From contig CALAZS010000130.1 in the NCBI GenBank assembly GCA_937926265.1, positions 2,796 to 66,795 on the forward strand: a DNA stretch of 64,000 nt. The letters are read 5' to 3'. Position numbers and translations under genes: made by a program. Source of the DNA: an uncultured Gammaproteobacteria bacterium (GTDB taxonomy: Bacteria > Pseudomonadota > Gammaproteobacteria > Chromatiales > Chromatiaceae). Positions 10,568 through 19,014 of the stretch are shown piece by piece. The notes beneath the pieces were generated by a model. The model ran no database searches. It was not told where the DNA came from and saw nothing but the letters and a program-made list of their open reading frames with translations. The first letter of the stretch is position 1. Each line of letters begins with the position of its first letter.

Positions 10568-11545
10568 TTAAAGTTCGGCCATCAATGACATATCGATGTA
10601 AGCATCAACGTCTTCAGGAGATTCATATACTTTGTTGGCTACATTGAAGTCATCTGAGATTTTTGAAGAACCGTAGATTGAGGTGAAACCCTCTGCCTTA
10701 GGTGCAAACTTCATGGCCTCTTCAAGAGTCATGATATTGGTTCCGCTAATCAGTTTTTTGTATTCAGCAGGCTCCAAACCGACGCGAGCCGCCATAATTT
10801 CAACTGCATCAGCGTTAGTGGCCGGGTCTTTAAGGTAAGCAACAGACTTGTACCAGACTTTTAAAACTTTCTTCCAGTCATCACGTCTAGCCGCGAGGCT
10901 TTCAGGAGAAACAGCTAAAACGTCGTAGATCAAACCCGGTTCATCTTTACTGGTGTAGATCGCTTTTGAACCAGGAACGAGTGATAACGCCTGACCAGAG
11001 CTTGGCTGCCATGCAACAACCGCATCCACTTCACCAGAAGCCAAAACCTGAGGTGTTTCATTAGTCGGTACATTGACCAGTTCAACATCAGCCTCTGTAA
11101 GACCAGCACCTTCCAAGGCATTCAACAGCAGCAAATGACCTACAAAGCCAATTTCAACACCAATTTTCTTTCCTTTCAGGTCTTTAACTGAATCGATACC
11201 CGGCAGGGCAACGACCATGTCATTGCCATTACTGTAATCGTTAATCAGGATCATGACGCTTTTCGCACCGGTTGCACCGGTAACCAGGGCGTCACCATTG
11301 GTCATGCTGACCGCATCAAGTTTGCCTGCCGCATAAGCATCCATGGAAGCCACATAGTCAAACCACTCAAAAACAACATCTACACCTTCTTCTTTGAACC
11401 ATTGTTTTTCAATGGCAACTTCCCATGCAACCCACCCGGGCCAATCACTGTAGCCAATCTTCAATGGTTCGGCGGCTTTCGCAGTGGTACTAATGGCTAT
11501 TGCCACTAACAAGGTAGATATAATGCGCTTCATAAAACTTTTCAT
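10568..11545 (-). CDS. ABC transporter periplasmic substrate-binding protein (NMT1/TauA-like)
   Basis: Signal peptide [25 protein letters not shown] prefer the ATG at 11545, 5 nt after a GAGGAG Shine-Dalgarno, over the GTG at 11551 used in the ORF track. Confidence 0.8.
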   Translation of the reverse strand: MKSFMKRIISTLLVAIAISTTAKAAEPLKIGYSDWPGWVAWEVAIEKQWFKEEGVDVVFEWFDYVASMDAYAAGKLDAVSMTNGDALVTGATGAKSVMILINDYSNGNDMVVALPGIDSVKDLKGKKIGVEIGFVGHLLLLNALEGAGLTEADVELVNVPTNETPQVLASGEVDAVVAWQPSSGQALSLVPGSKAIYTSKDEPGLIYDVLAVSPESLAARRDDWKKVLKVWYKSVAYLKDPATNADAVEIMAARVGLEPAEYKKLISGTNIMTLEEAMKFAPKAEGFTSIYGSSKISDDFNVANKVYESPEDVDAYIDMSLMAEL

Positions 11546-11592
11546 GGACACTCCTCAGTATTACGATTTGATAAAAAAGTATTACCAGGAAT

Positions 11593-11608
11593 CGCAATTA
11601 CCAGGCCA
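11593..11608 (-). promoter_or_regulatory. Sigma54 (-24/-12) promoter candidate for the transporter-to-allophanate-hydrolase operon
   Basis: Minus strand reads TGGCCTGGTAATTGCG, which is TGGC-N7-TTGC with exact consensus spacing, about 50 nt upstream of the SBP start codon. Confidence 0.6.
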
Positions 11609-11762
11609 ACTTAAGTAAGCCACTGTTTTTATTCAATTTAACTTACTTTTGTTGTAGATAAGTTTTTGTAAACGCACCAAAAAGCTTCAATTCATTATCT
11701 TTATCGCGCTAAAAAAGTGCATTAAGTCACTCTTAAATTGAATACTCAGTTAAAATCACGTC

Positions 11763-13685
11763 ATGCTTCAATTCAATAATCTCAGTATCCGTCGCGGTAC
11801 CAGTCTGTTGTTTTCAGATGCGACGTTTAACATTTATCCGGGACACAAAATTGGTATAACCGGCGCCAATGGTTGTGGTAAATCCAGCCTGTTTGCAGTC
11901 ATCAGGAAAGAACTTGCAGCCGATGACGGCAGCTTTTCCATGCCTGCCAACTGGACAATTGCTCATGTAAAGCAGCAGACGCCACAGGATGAAAGATCTG
12001 CTATCGACTATGTGCTTGACGGCGATAGTGAATACCGTGAGCTTGAAGCACAGATAAAAAAAGCCGAACTAAACCATGATGGCAACCGCCTCGCGCACCT
12101 GCACGAGCAGTTTGACCATATTGGTGGATACCGTGCCCCTAGTCGGGCAGCACGTTTACTGCATGGTCTGGGCTTCAGCAATGAACAGGAAAACCTTGCG
12201 GTAAACAGTTTTTCCGGTGGCTGGCGCATGCGCCTTAACCTGGCCCAGGCCTTGATGTGTCGTTCGGATTTATTACTACTTGATGAGCCAACCAATCATT
12301 TGGATCTTGATGCCGTTATCTGGCTGGAACAATGGCTGGCTGAATACCAGGGCACACTGTTACTGATTTCACATGACCGCGATTTTCTCGATAAAGTCTG
12401 TGAACAGATTGGCCATATCGAACAAAACCAGATAAACCTCTATGCCGGCAACTATTCCGCTTTTGAAAAAATACGGGCCGCCAAGCTTGCCAATCAACAG
12501 GCCGAACATGAAAAACAGCAACGTGAAATAGCTCACATCCAACACTACATCGATCGCTTTCGCGCCAAGGCCACCAAGGCCAGGCAGGCACAAAGCCGAA
12601 TCAAGGCGTTACAGAAAATGGAATTAATTGCACCCGCCCATGTTGACTCGCCATTTCATTTTTCTTTTCTGAACGCGGATAAACAACCCAACCCGCTAAT
12701 CAAACTGGATGGCGTTAGCCTTGGCTATGAACTAAACAAACCAATTTTGGATAAGCTGACCATGGTATTAAGCCCGGGTGACCGTCTTGGGTTGCTGGGT
12801 GCCAACGGTGCCGGAAAAAGCACACTGATCAAATCCCTGGCAGAACAATTACAACCACTTAATGGCGATATCCACAAAGCCCAGGACTTAAAGATCGGTT
12901 ACTTTGCACAGCACCAGGTAGAACAGCTACACCCTGAACATACGCCATTGGAACATCTGCAACAATTGGACAGGCATGCAACTGAGCAGCAGTTAAGAAA
13001 CTTTCTCGGTGGCTTTGGTTTTTCCAATGATAAGGCACTGGAAAAAACCGCCCCCTTTTCCGGTGGAGAAAAGGCCCGTCTTGCGCTTGCCCTTATTGTT
13101 TATCAGCGGCCTAACCTGCTGTTACTGGATGAACCGACCAACCATCTCGATATCGAAATGCGCCAGGCTCTTGCTCAGTCATTACAGGATTTTGAAGGTG
13201 CCATGGTCATTGTTTCGCATGATCGTCACCTGTTAAGGGTCAGCTGTGACCAACTGTTAATTGTTGCCAATCATGAAATTGATGAATTTAAAGAAAGCCT
13301 GGATGACTACCCGAAATGGCTGGCCCGACAACAAGCCATGCAGAACCAGTTTGAATCAGACATAAAATCCTCCAGTGACAATTCGGCTGCTGCGAAAAAG
13401 GAACGAAAACGCAAACAAGCTGAGCAACGAAAAAAATTGCAGCCCCTGCAAAAAAAGTTAAAAAGCATAGAAGAAAACATTAAACAGCTCGGTTCTGAGC
13501 AGAAGCAGTTGGAAAAGCAGTTAACTGACAATTCACTGTATGAAAACGAAAACAAGGATCTTCTTCAGGAAATTCTTTTACAAAAACAAAAGATTGATAC
13601 TGAACTGGAAGATAGCGAATATCTTTGGCTGGAAGTTTCTGAAAAAATCGAAATGATTACTGAATCATTTGCTGAAGATGCATAA
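11763..13685 (+). CDS. ABC-F family ATPase (YheS/Uup-like translation factor type)
   Basis: 640 aa with two ABC cassettes (GANGCGKSS/LSGGWRMR and GANGAGKST/FSGGEKAR), no TM domain and a Lys/Glu-rich coiled-coil tail. Confidence 0.85.
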   Translation: MLQFNNLSIRRGTSLLFSDATFNIYPGHKIGITGANGCGKSSLFAVIRKELAADDGSFSMPANWTIAHVKQQTPQDERSAIDYVLDGDSEYRELEAQIKKAELNHDGNRLAHLHEQFDHIGGYRAPSRAARLLHGLGFSNEQENLAVNSFSGGWRMRLNLAQALMCRSDLLLLDEPTNHLDLDAVIWLEQWLAEYQGTLLLISHDRDFLDKVCEQIGHIEQNQINLYAGNYSAFEKIRAAKLANQQAEHEKQQREIAHIQHYIDRFRAKATKARQAQSRIKALQKMELIAPAHVDSPFHFSFLNADKQPNPLIKLDGVSLGYELNKPILDKLTMVLSPGDRLGLLGANGAGKSTLIKSLAEQLQPLNGDIHKAQDLKIGYFAQHQVEQLHPEHTPLEHLQQLDRHATEQQLRNFLGGFGFSNDKALEKTAPFSGGEKARLALALIVYQRPNLLLLDEPTNHLDIEMRQALAQSLQDFEGAMVIVSHDRHLLRVSCDQLLIVANHEIDEFKESLDDYPKWLARQQAMQNQFESDIKSSSDNSAAAKKERKRKQAEQRKKLQPLQKKLKSIEENIKQLGSEQKQLEKQLTDNSLYENENKDLLQEILLQKQKIDTELEDSEYLWLEVSEKIEMITESFAEDA

Positions 13686-13730
13686 CTGTTTTTTATAATT
13701 ATTTGCTTTGATTGAAGCCCTGGTGCTTAT

Positions 13731-14255
13731 TCATTTTTTTTGGTTTGTTTTGTACATTTCACGCAACAATGCAATATTGCGTTCCGGAATAACTTGCGGG
13801 TCAGGATAACTTTGCAGTGCCTTTTCAAGACTTTCCTCCCTGATCAGGTGAAACATGGGAAACGGTGAGCGGTTGGTAAGATTGGCCGGATCATCTTCGG
13901 CTTCACCTTCAAAACAGTAATCCGGATGAAAACTTGCCAACTGGATACTGCCCTCAAGACCTGTCTCTGCTATTACCTTTTCAAGCAGGCCCAGGAAATC
14001 AAGATATTCGTCGAACGTAACCAGGCCATTTTCAATAACAGCCAGGGTTGTTTCAATTTCTTTTGGGTCAGCCTGGTAAAGCTGATCAAGTTCATTTAAA
14101 ACAAAACGGAAAATCTCATCATCATCGGTCGCTTCAGTTGCAACGATACGCACCTGCTTATTTTCATAAGGGTACTTTGCAAACGGGCACAGGTTTAACC
14201 TTATAACCCAGTTCTCAAGCCAGTTATTCGTTTCTTCAATTGCGTTTAAAGTCAT
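13731..14255 (-). CDS. DUF1415 family protein
   Basis: 174-aa ORF whose N-terminal NWLENWVIRLNLCPFAKYP matches my recollection of DUF1415 proteins. Confidence 0.55.
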   Translation of the reverse strand: MTLNAIEETNNWLENWVIRLNLCPFAKYPYENKQVRIVATEATDDDEIFRFVLNELDQLYQADPKEIETTLAVIENGLVTFDEYLDFLGLLEKVIAETGLEGSIQLASFHPDYCFEGEAEDDPANLTNRSPFPMFHLIREESLEKALQSYPDPQVIPERNIALLREMYKTNQKK

Positions 14256-14317
14256 ACCAGTGAATTCATATTATTCAGGTCTTGCCATTTCATTTTTACC
14301 GGGTCATTCTCAGCCCT

Positions 14318-15157
14318 TCATTCAAGGACCATGAGCGGTTCTCCCTGCTTAAGAACACCTTCATTATCATGGATGACATTCTGACCGAAAAACACCTTGT
14401 TACCTTCACGCCGGTACTTGGCCAAGGTTAGCAACGGCTCTGCACCTTTCACTGCAGTTTCAGGATTTACCGTGGTAATCGCACAGCGTGAACAGGGTTT
14501 AACAACACGAAAATGGATATCGCCAATTTTGACAATACGCCATTTATCCTCTGCATATGCATCAACGTCATCGATCACCAGGTTAGGCCTAAAGCGCTTA
14601 ACCGTCATTTGCTGGGTTTTGTCCTTTGTATGATTCTGAATACTATTATGGATCCTATTATGAATTCGGGTATTCAGATCTTCTATTGATGCCTGGCTCA
14701 ATAGCAAAAATGGAAAGCCATCAGAAAAACCGGTCTGGTCATCCGCTTTGGCATATTCCTGGTCAACCTGGCGCTGCGCTTCTTCAGGCATTTTCACCAG
14801 CCTGACAGGCTCATCCAGACAGTCGCTGAACCATTGATCGGCCTTATCACTTACCAGGTCCGCATTAATGCTGTCCTGCCAGACATTTACTTTTAATTTT
14901 TGCCCGGTGGATTGATTCAAACTTATCTGCAGATCTGGTTTGTCCGGGAAACTTGCAATCAAATGATCCTGTTCAAGTTGAACAGAAAATAAAGCCATTT
15001 GCGGCTTTTGTCGTTGCGTGACAAACACGCCATCCGTATCAACCAGCATCCAGTGTCTGTCCCATTGAAAGCCGCGCTGGTCGATAACTGCATTTGGCAA
15101 ACGGATTCCCGGAAGGGATTTAACCGGGTAAATCCAGATTTCGCTGAGTACTGCCAT
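14318..15157 (-). CDS. MOSC domain-containing protein (YcbX-like)
   Basis: MAVLSEIWIYPVKSLPG N-terminal beta-barrel plus the MOSC Cys motif KPCSRCAITTVNPETA. Start moved to the ATG at 15157; the 33-codon upstream extension would overlap pilU. Confidence 0.8.
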   Translation of the reverse strand: MAVLSEIWIYPVKSLPGIRLPNAVIDQRGFQWDRHWMLVDTDGVFVTQRQKPQMALFSVQLEQDHLIASFPDKPDLQISLNQSTGQKLKVNVWQDSINADLVSDKADQWFSDCLDEPVRLVKMPEEAQRQVDQEYAKADDQTGFSDGFPFLLLSQASIEDLNTRIHNRIHNSIQNHTKDKTQQMTVKRFRPNLVIDDVDAYAEDKWRIVKIGDIHFRVVKPCSRCAITTVNPETAVKGAEPLLTLAKYRREGNKVFFGQNVIHDNEGVLKQGEPLMVLE

Positions 15158-15254
15158 GATGATTCCTATAAAAACTCGTTCAACTTCGAGTCGTTTTTCT
15201 CTAAACTGTTTGTGATAATGACCGATGATAGTAGGACAGCCACTCGGAGGAAAC

Positions 15255-16379
15255 ATGGATATCGCACCCTATCTTAAATTAATGGTTCAAAAAAATGGTT
15301 CAGACCTGTTTTTCAGCACAGGGGCCGCGCCTCATCTAAAAGCAGAAGGCCGAACCATGCCCATTGGTGATAAGCGCATGGAACCTGGCAAAGTGCGTGA
15401 ACTGGCCTACTCAATCATGACTGACGAACAGAAAAGCGAGTTTGAACGTACGCTTGAATGTAACCTGGCCATATCAGTTGGCGGTTTGGGGCGTTTTCGC
15501 GTCAATGTATTTCGCCAGCGCGGTGATGTGGCCATGGTACTGCGTTACATCAAGGGAAGTATTCCGAGTATTGAAGAACTTAGCCTGCCGGAAATTTTAA
15601 AAGACCTTATTCAGGAAAAGCGCGGCCTTCTCCTTGTGGTTGGATCAACCGGTTCAGGTAAATCGACTACCCTGGCTTCGATGATCGATCATAGAAACGA
15701 AACAACCCAGGGTCATATTTTGACCATTGAAGATCCCATTGAATTTTTGCACACGCACAAAAAATCCGTGGTCGACCAGCGAGAAGTCGGTCTTGATACC
15801 CTGACATTTGAAAACGCCCTGCATAATGCCCTGCGTGAAGCACCGGATGTCATTCTTATTGGTGAAATTCGTGATTCTAAAACCATGCAGCACGCCACGG
15901 CTTATGCTGAAACCGGTCATCTGTGCCTTGCTACACTGCACGCCAACAATGCTAACCAGGCGATTGACCGTATCATCAACTTTTTCCCGGATTCAGCGCA
16001 CAAACAGCTCTACAATGATTTGTCACTGAACCTGAAAGCGGTTGTTTCCCAACGACTGATCCCAACAATTGATGGAAAACGCGTGCCTGCGGTTGAAATT
16101 CTGTTGGCGACAAGCTTCATTTCGGAATTAATTCAGAAAGGTGATATTCATTCCATCAAGGAAGCGATGGAACAGGGTAAAGGCCAGGGCATGCAGACCT
16201 TTGATGGCGCTCTCTATGAACTATACAAAGATGGCAAGATTACCGTTGAAGAAGCGCTTAAAAATGCAGATTCCAGAAATAACCTGTCATTGAAAATTCG
16301 TCTTGGTGACCACGAAGAAAGCCCGGCAAAATCCGGCGGTGGCATCAATGAAATCCAGTTCGATGATGACGAGATATAG
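15255..16379 (+). CDS. pilU: Type IVa pilus retraction ATPase PilU (PilT/PilU family)
   Basis: MDIAPYLKLMVQKNGSDLFFSTGAAP..., Walker A GSTGSGKST and LATLHANNANQAIDRIINFFP. Strong by-eye similarity to Pseudomonas PilU. Start taken at the internal ATG 15255. Confidence 0.85.
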   Translation: MDIAPYLKLMVQKNGSDLFFSTGAAPHLKAEGRTMPIGDKRMEPGKVRELAYSIMTDEQKSEFERTLECNLAISVGGLGRFRVNVFRQRGDVAMVLRYIKGSIPSIEELSLPEILKDLIQEKRGLLLVVGSTGSGKSTTLASMIDHRNETTQGHILTIEDPIEFLHTHKKSVVDQREVGLDTLTFENALHNALREAPDVILIGEIRDSKTMQHATAYAETGHLCLATLHANNANQAIDRIINFFPDSAHKQLYNDLSLNLKAVVSQRLIPTIDGKRVPAVEILLATSFISELIQKGDIHSIKEAMEQGKGQGMQTFDGALYELYKDGKITVEEALKNADSRNNLSLKIRLGDHEESPAKSGGGINEIQFDDDEI

Positions 16380-16498
16380 TCTGCACTAATCGTTTTAGAC
16401 AAAGGTTTTTTAATGGGAATCTAAGTTCTGGATTACTTGTCCAGCGTCGAAATTTGGACTAATTCTTTGTGTGCAGCCAAATTTCTTCGGAGGACATT

Positions 16499-16732
16499 AT
16501 GAACCAACACCGCACGGATATTTTAATCCACATTGGTGAAAACCTGGATGACAACAATATCCACGAACTCGAAAAGCAGATCAGTTATGAACCCGGCATT
16601 TACAGCGCCTGTGTTAACGAAAAAGCCAGGCACCTGATGCTTGTCGACTATGACCCTGAAACTGTTCACGCTACCGACATCCTTTACCAGGTCAAACAAA
16701 ACGGCCTGCATGCCGAATTAATCGGTCTCTGA
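16499..16732 (+). CDS. Small hypothetical protein (HMA/ferredoxin-like fold guess, no CxxC)
   Basis: 77-aa ORF from the ATG preceded by a GGAGG SD, followed by a terminator hairpin. Confidence 0.5.
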   Translation: MNQHRTDILIHIGENLDDNNIHELEKQISYEPGIYSACVNEKARHLMLVDYDPETVHATDILYQVKQNGLHAELIGL

Positions 16733-16743
16733 TTTATTTCATT

Positions 16744-16765
16744 GCCGGGCTCCATGCCCGGCTTT
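16744..16765 (+). terminator. Intrinsic terminator candidate
   Basis: GCCGGGC-TCCAT-GCCCGGC hairpin followed by a short TTT run. Confidence 0.55.
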
Positions 16766-16862
16766 CTGTAAACTTCTCTCCACTTAAAACTTCTCATCAT
16801 TTTTTTCTATCAAATCATATTCGTATTACAATAAGTTATTTGTTTCATAGTACCTGTAACCC

Positions 16863-17141
16863 ATGAGCAATAATTTCAGGCCCTGCTGGATCTACAAAAG
16901 CAGTAAAAAAGATGAAATGTATCTTTACCTGGCCAGGGAAGATGATTTTGAAGTGGTGCCGGAAGAGCTTATGAAACGTTTTGGACAGGCCCGGTTTGTG
17001 ATGCAGCTTGAACTCTCACCTGAAAAAAAACTCGCACGTGAGAACACGCAAACCGTCATCAACAACCTGCTTGAAAAGGGCTTCCATCTTCAGATGCCGC
17101 CCGTATTAACACCCGAGCTATACCACGGTAACGCAGACTAA
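16863..17141 (+). CDS. YcgL domain-containing protein
   Basis: 92 aa. [16 protein letters not shown]...FEVVPEEL...[12 protein letters not shown] matches the YcgL (DUF709) pattern. Confidence 0.7.
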   Translation: MSNNFRPCWIYKSSKKDEMYLYLAREDDFEVVPEELMKRFGQARFVMQLELSPEKKLARENTQTVINNLLEKGFHLQMPPVLTPELYHGNAD

Positions 17142-17158
17142 CCTCAAATGGACCGACC

Positions 17159-17833
17159 ATGAATGCAATGCGCTTTCTATTTTTCAGTTTAATTGTTCTT
17201 TTTATTCTGTTTATTCTTGCCATGCCTGAACCCGAAGTCGGTAAAGACATCAAGGCCCAGAAAAATATCGACTTACCCTGGAATATAAAAATTAACGAAG
17301 ACAAAAGCACCGAGGTTTTTAAACTTAAGCCGGGTATTTCAACCTTGACGGATGCCATTGAGCGGTTTCAGGAACCAGAAGAAATTGCTGTTTATGTCGG
17401 CAGGCAGAAACACTCCCTGGAAGCCTATATGGGTAACGTCAGCCTCGGCCCTTTGCAGGCAAAAATGGTTTTAACCCTGGCTGCGACCGAAGAAGAACTG
17501 CAAGGTATGATTGAACGTAATGTCGGCAGATCACTATCCGGAAGTGAAGACAAGAAACTTAAACTGTCGCCTGAAGACATACAACAATCCCTTGATCGCA
17601 TTGTTACCAGTATCACCTTCATTCCCAAGTACTCTGGACTGGATGCTGAGTTTTTCAAAGAACGCCTTGGTGAACCCCATGCCTGGACCCGTTTGGGAGA
17701 ACAGGCAGTCCAGTATTACTATCCGGAGAAGGGACTTAGCATCATAATTGATGCTGATGGCAAGGAGGTCTTTGAATACAACCACCCGAATGATTTTATC
17801 CTGCCCGAAGACGTGAGCTTGACCCAGGAATAA
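17159..17833 (+). CDS. Hypothetical protein with N-terminal TM/signal anchor
   Basis: 224-aa ORF with a hydrophobic N-terminus (FLFFSLIVLFILFILA). No recognisable family. Confidence 0.55.
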   Translation: MNAMRFLFFSLIVLFILFILAMPEPEVGKDIKAQKNIDLPWNIKINEDKSTEVFKLKPGISTLTDAIERFQEPEEIAVYVGRQKHSLEAYMGNVSLGPLQAKMVLTLAATEEELQGMIERNVGRSLSGSEDKKLKLSPEDIQQSLDRIVTSITFIPKYSGLDAEFFKERLGEPHAWTRLGEQAVQYYYPEKGLSIIIDADGKEVFEYNHPNDFILPEDVSLTQE

Positions 17834-17917
17834 TGGAGAGGCGGAGAGGAAATTATCTCCTCAGAAATCCAATTTAATAAAAGCAATTGAATAAATTTTG
17901 AGGGATAACAACCGCTT

Positions 17918-17941
17918 CGACAAATATTGTAATATTTGTCG
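17918..17941. repeat. Perfect 11+11 bp palindrome CGACAAATATT-GT-AATATTTGTCG
   Basis: Read directly in the convergent intergenic region between 17833(+) and 18024(-). Confidence 0.8.
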
Positions 17942-17955
17942 ATCCTGAAAAGTTT

Positions 17956-17979
17956 CGGCAACCCGGTTACGAGTTGCCG
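17956..17979. terminator. Hairpin CGGCAAC-N10-GTTGCCG between convergent genes (weak terminator candidate)
   Basis: 7-bp GC-rich stem with no clear U-tract on either side. Confidence 0.3.
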
Positions 17980-18023
17980 CCAGAATCTATTAAGTCCTGT
18001 TTATTCAGGTCTTGTTACGCTTC

Positions 18024-18335
18024 TTAGGCTGCGTTGGTTTTGAGAATTTCTTTAATTGAGCATGCAGCCGCAAAAACTTTTGGATTATCTTCGAGTGCTT
18101 CGCAGCGAATTACTTCGATTTCAGCCGATAACGGCGGAGTAATGTTTTTACCCGGCAATATGGAAACATTACCAATACTTCCGGAAGGTATTTTGGTTTC
18201 AACCCACATCAGCAACCCGGTAGCACTCAGGTCTTTGACGATTGCCGGTACAGGATCAACTCCTTCCAGTTCAATACGTGCCGCGCAGTCGACGGCCATG
18301 CGAATGTAATCGCGCTTCTCTAAAAATTCCAACAT
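18024..18335 (-). CDS. PilZ domain-containing protein (c-di-GMP receptor type)
   Basis: 103 aa with an RxxxR-like KRDYIRM and DxSxxG (DLSATG) motifs at the expected spacing. Confidence 0.75.
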   Translation of the reverse strand: MLEFLEKRDYIRMAVDCAARIELEGVDPVPAIVKDLSATGLLMWVETKIPSGSIGNVSILPGKNITPPLSAEIEVIRCEALEDNPKVFAAACSIKEILKTNAA

Positions 18336-18354
18336 ATAGCTAGACTCCTCAAAC

Positions 18355-18383
18355 GAATTTAAGCTGAATTTAAACTGAATTTA
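18355..18383. repeat. Three direct GAATTTA repeats with 11-bp phasing upstream of the PilZ gene
   Basis: GAATTTA at 18355, 18366 and 18377. The last copy is part of the palindrome CTGAAT-TT-ATTCAG, followed by GAATAA-N8-TTATTC. Confidence 0.6.
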
Positions 18384-18555
18384 TTCAGCCGAATAAAAAC
18401 AGCGTTATTCGTTAAAAAGTTAAGGGTCTCTCGCTCATTTTTGGTGTCACCCAAGTCAGATTGTGGCAAAAAAAATTTGTTTGTCGAGCTTTTTTTATAA
18501 AAAAACGATTTTTTTTCTTACTAAAATTTCTACTATAATCATTTTGATAGCGTAA

Positions 18556-18894
18556 ATGGTTAAAGTAATCATGCAAGAACATGACCGAAACATACTGGAT
18601 GCAGAACCACCCTTTCTGATTTTATTTGCCGATCAGAAATGGAAGGTGGCTATTGAACTGGTAAAACATCCGCAGGGAATTGCCTTTATCGAGCCATTTC
18701 ATGAAGATGATCCTGAAAGCGCAACCTTGATACCGGGCTCTCCATGGCATGTAGGAGAAAATGTCTGGGAATTTGATTACGCAACCCAGGTGATGACACT
18801 GGACCACCCCAATTATCATAAACATCCAGCATGGCAGCTTTGGCTTTATTGGCGAAAACACCAGGCAGAGAAGACAGAATTGGCCAAACACTAG
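18556..18894 (+). CDS. Hypothetical protein
   Basis: 112-aa ORF (an alternative start MQEHD lies at 18571) followed by a good terminator. No family recognised. Confidence 0.5.
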   Translation: MVKVIMQEHDRNILDAEPPFLILFADQKWKVAIELVKHPQGIAFIEPFHEDDPESATLIPGSPWHVGENVWEFDYATQVMTLDHPNYHKHPAWQLWLYWRKHQAEKTELAKH

Positions 18895-18906
18895 TGTTTT
18901 TTAGGG

Positions 18907-18933
18907 TATCAGAAAAAATTTCTGGTATTTTTT
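18907..18933 (+). terminator. Intrinsic terminator
   Basis: UAUCAGAAA-AAA-UUUCUGGUA stem (one G-U pair) followed by U6. Confidence 0.65.
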
Positions 18934-19014
18934 AACAAAATTCGCGTTAGAATAGGCATCTTAAATTATTAGTAGTTATGGTAATTCTAAATTACCCATT
19001 GTCAGGAGGGGACA

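Noticed and set aside
11552-11762. Searched the operon leader for a guanidine-I (ykkC) or guanidine-III riboswitch
   Set aside because: There are no conserved ykkC-type blocks (GGGA / CGAGAG / ACGG-rich core) and no additional ACGR hairpins on either strand. The only guanidine-sensing element I can support is the internal mini-ykkC at 4542-4588.
15158-15256. N-terminal extensions of ORF-track models (MOSC 15158-15256, pilU 15225-15254, hemF 55962-56042, smg 52323-52400, DUF423 37579-37659, SBP GTG 11551, small ORFs 16469 and 22935)
   Set aside because: In each case an internal ATG or GTG with a proper SD gives an N-terminus matching the family's usual start. The extension overlaps a neighbouring gene or a regulatory element.
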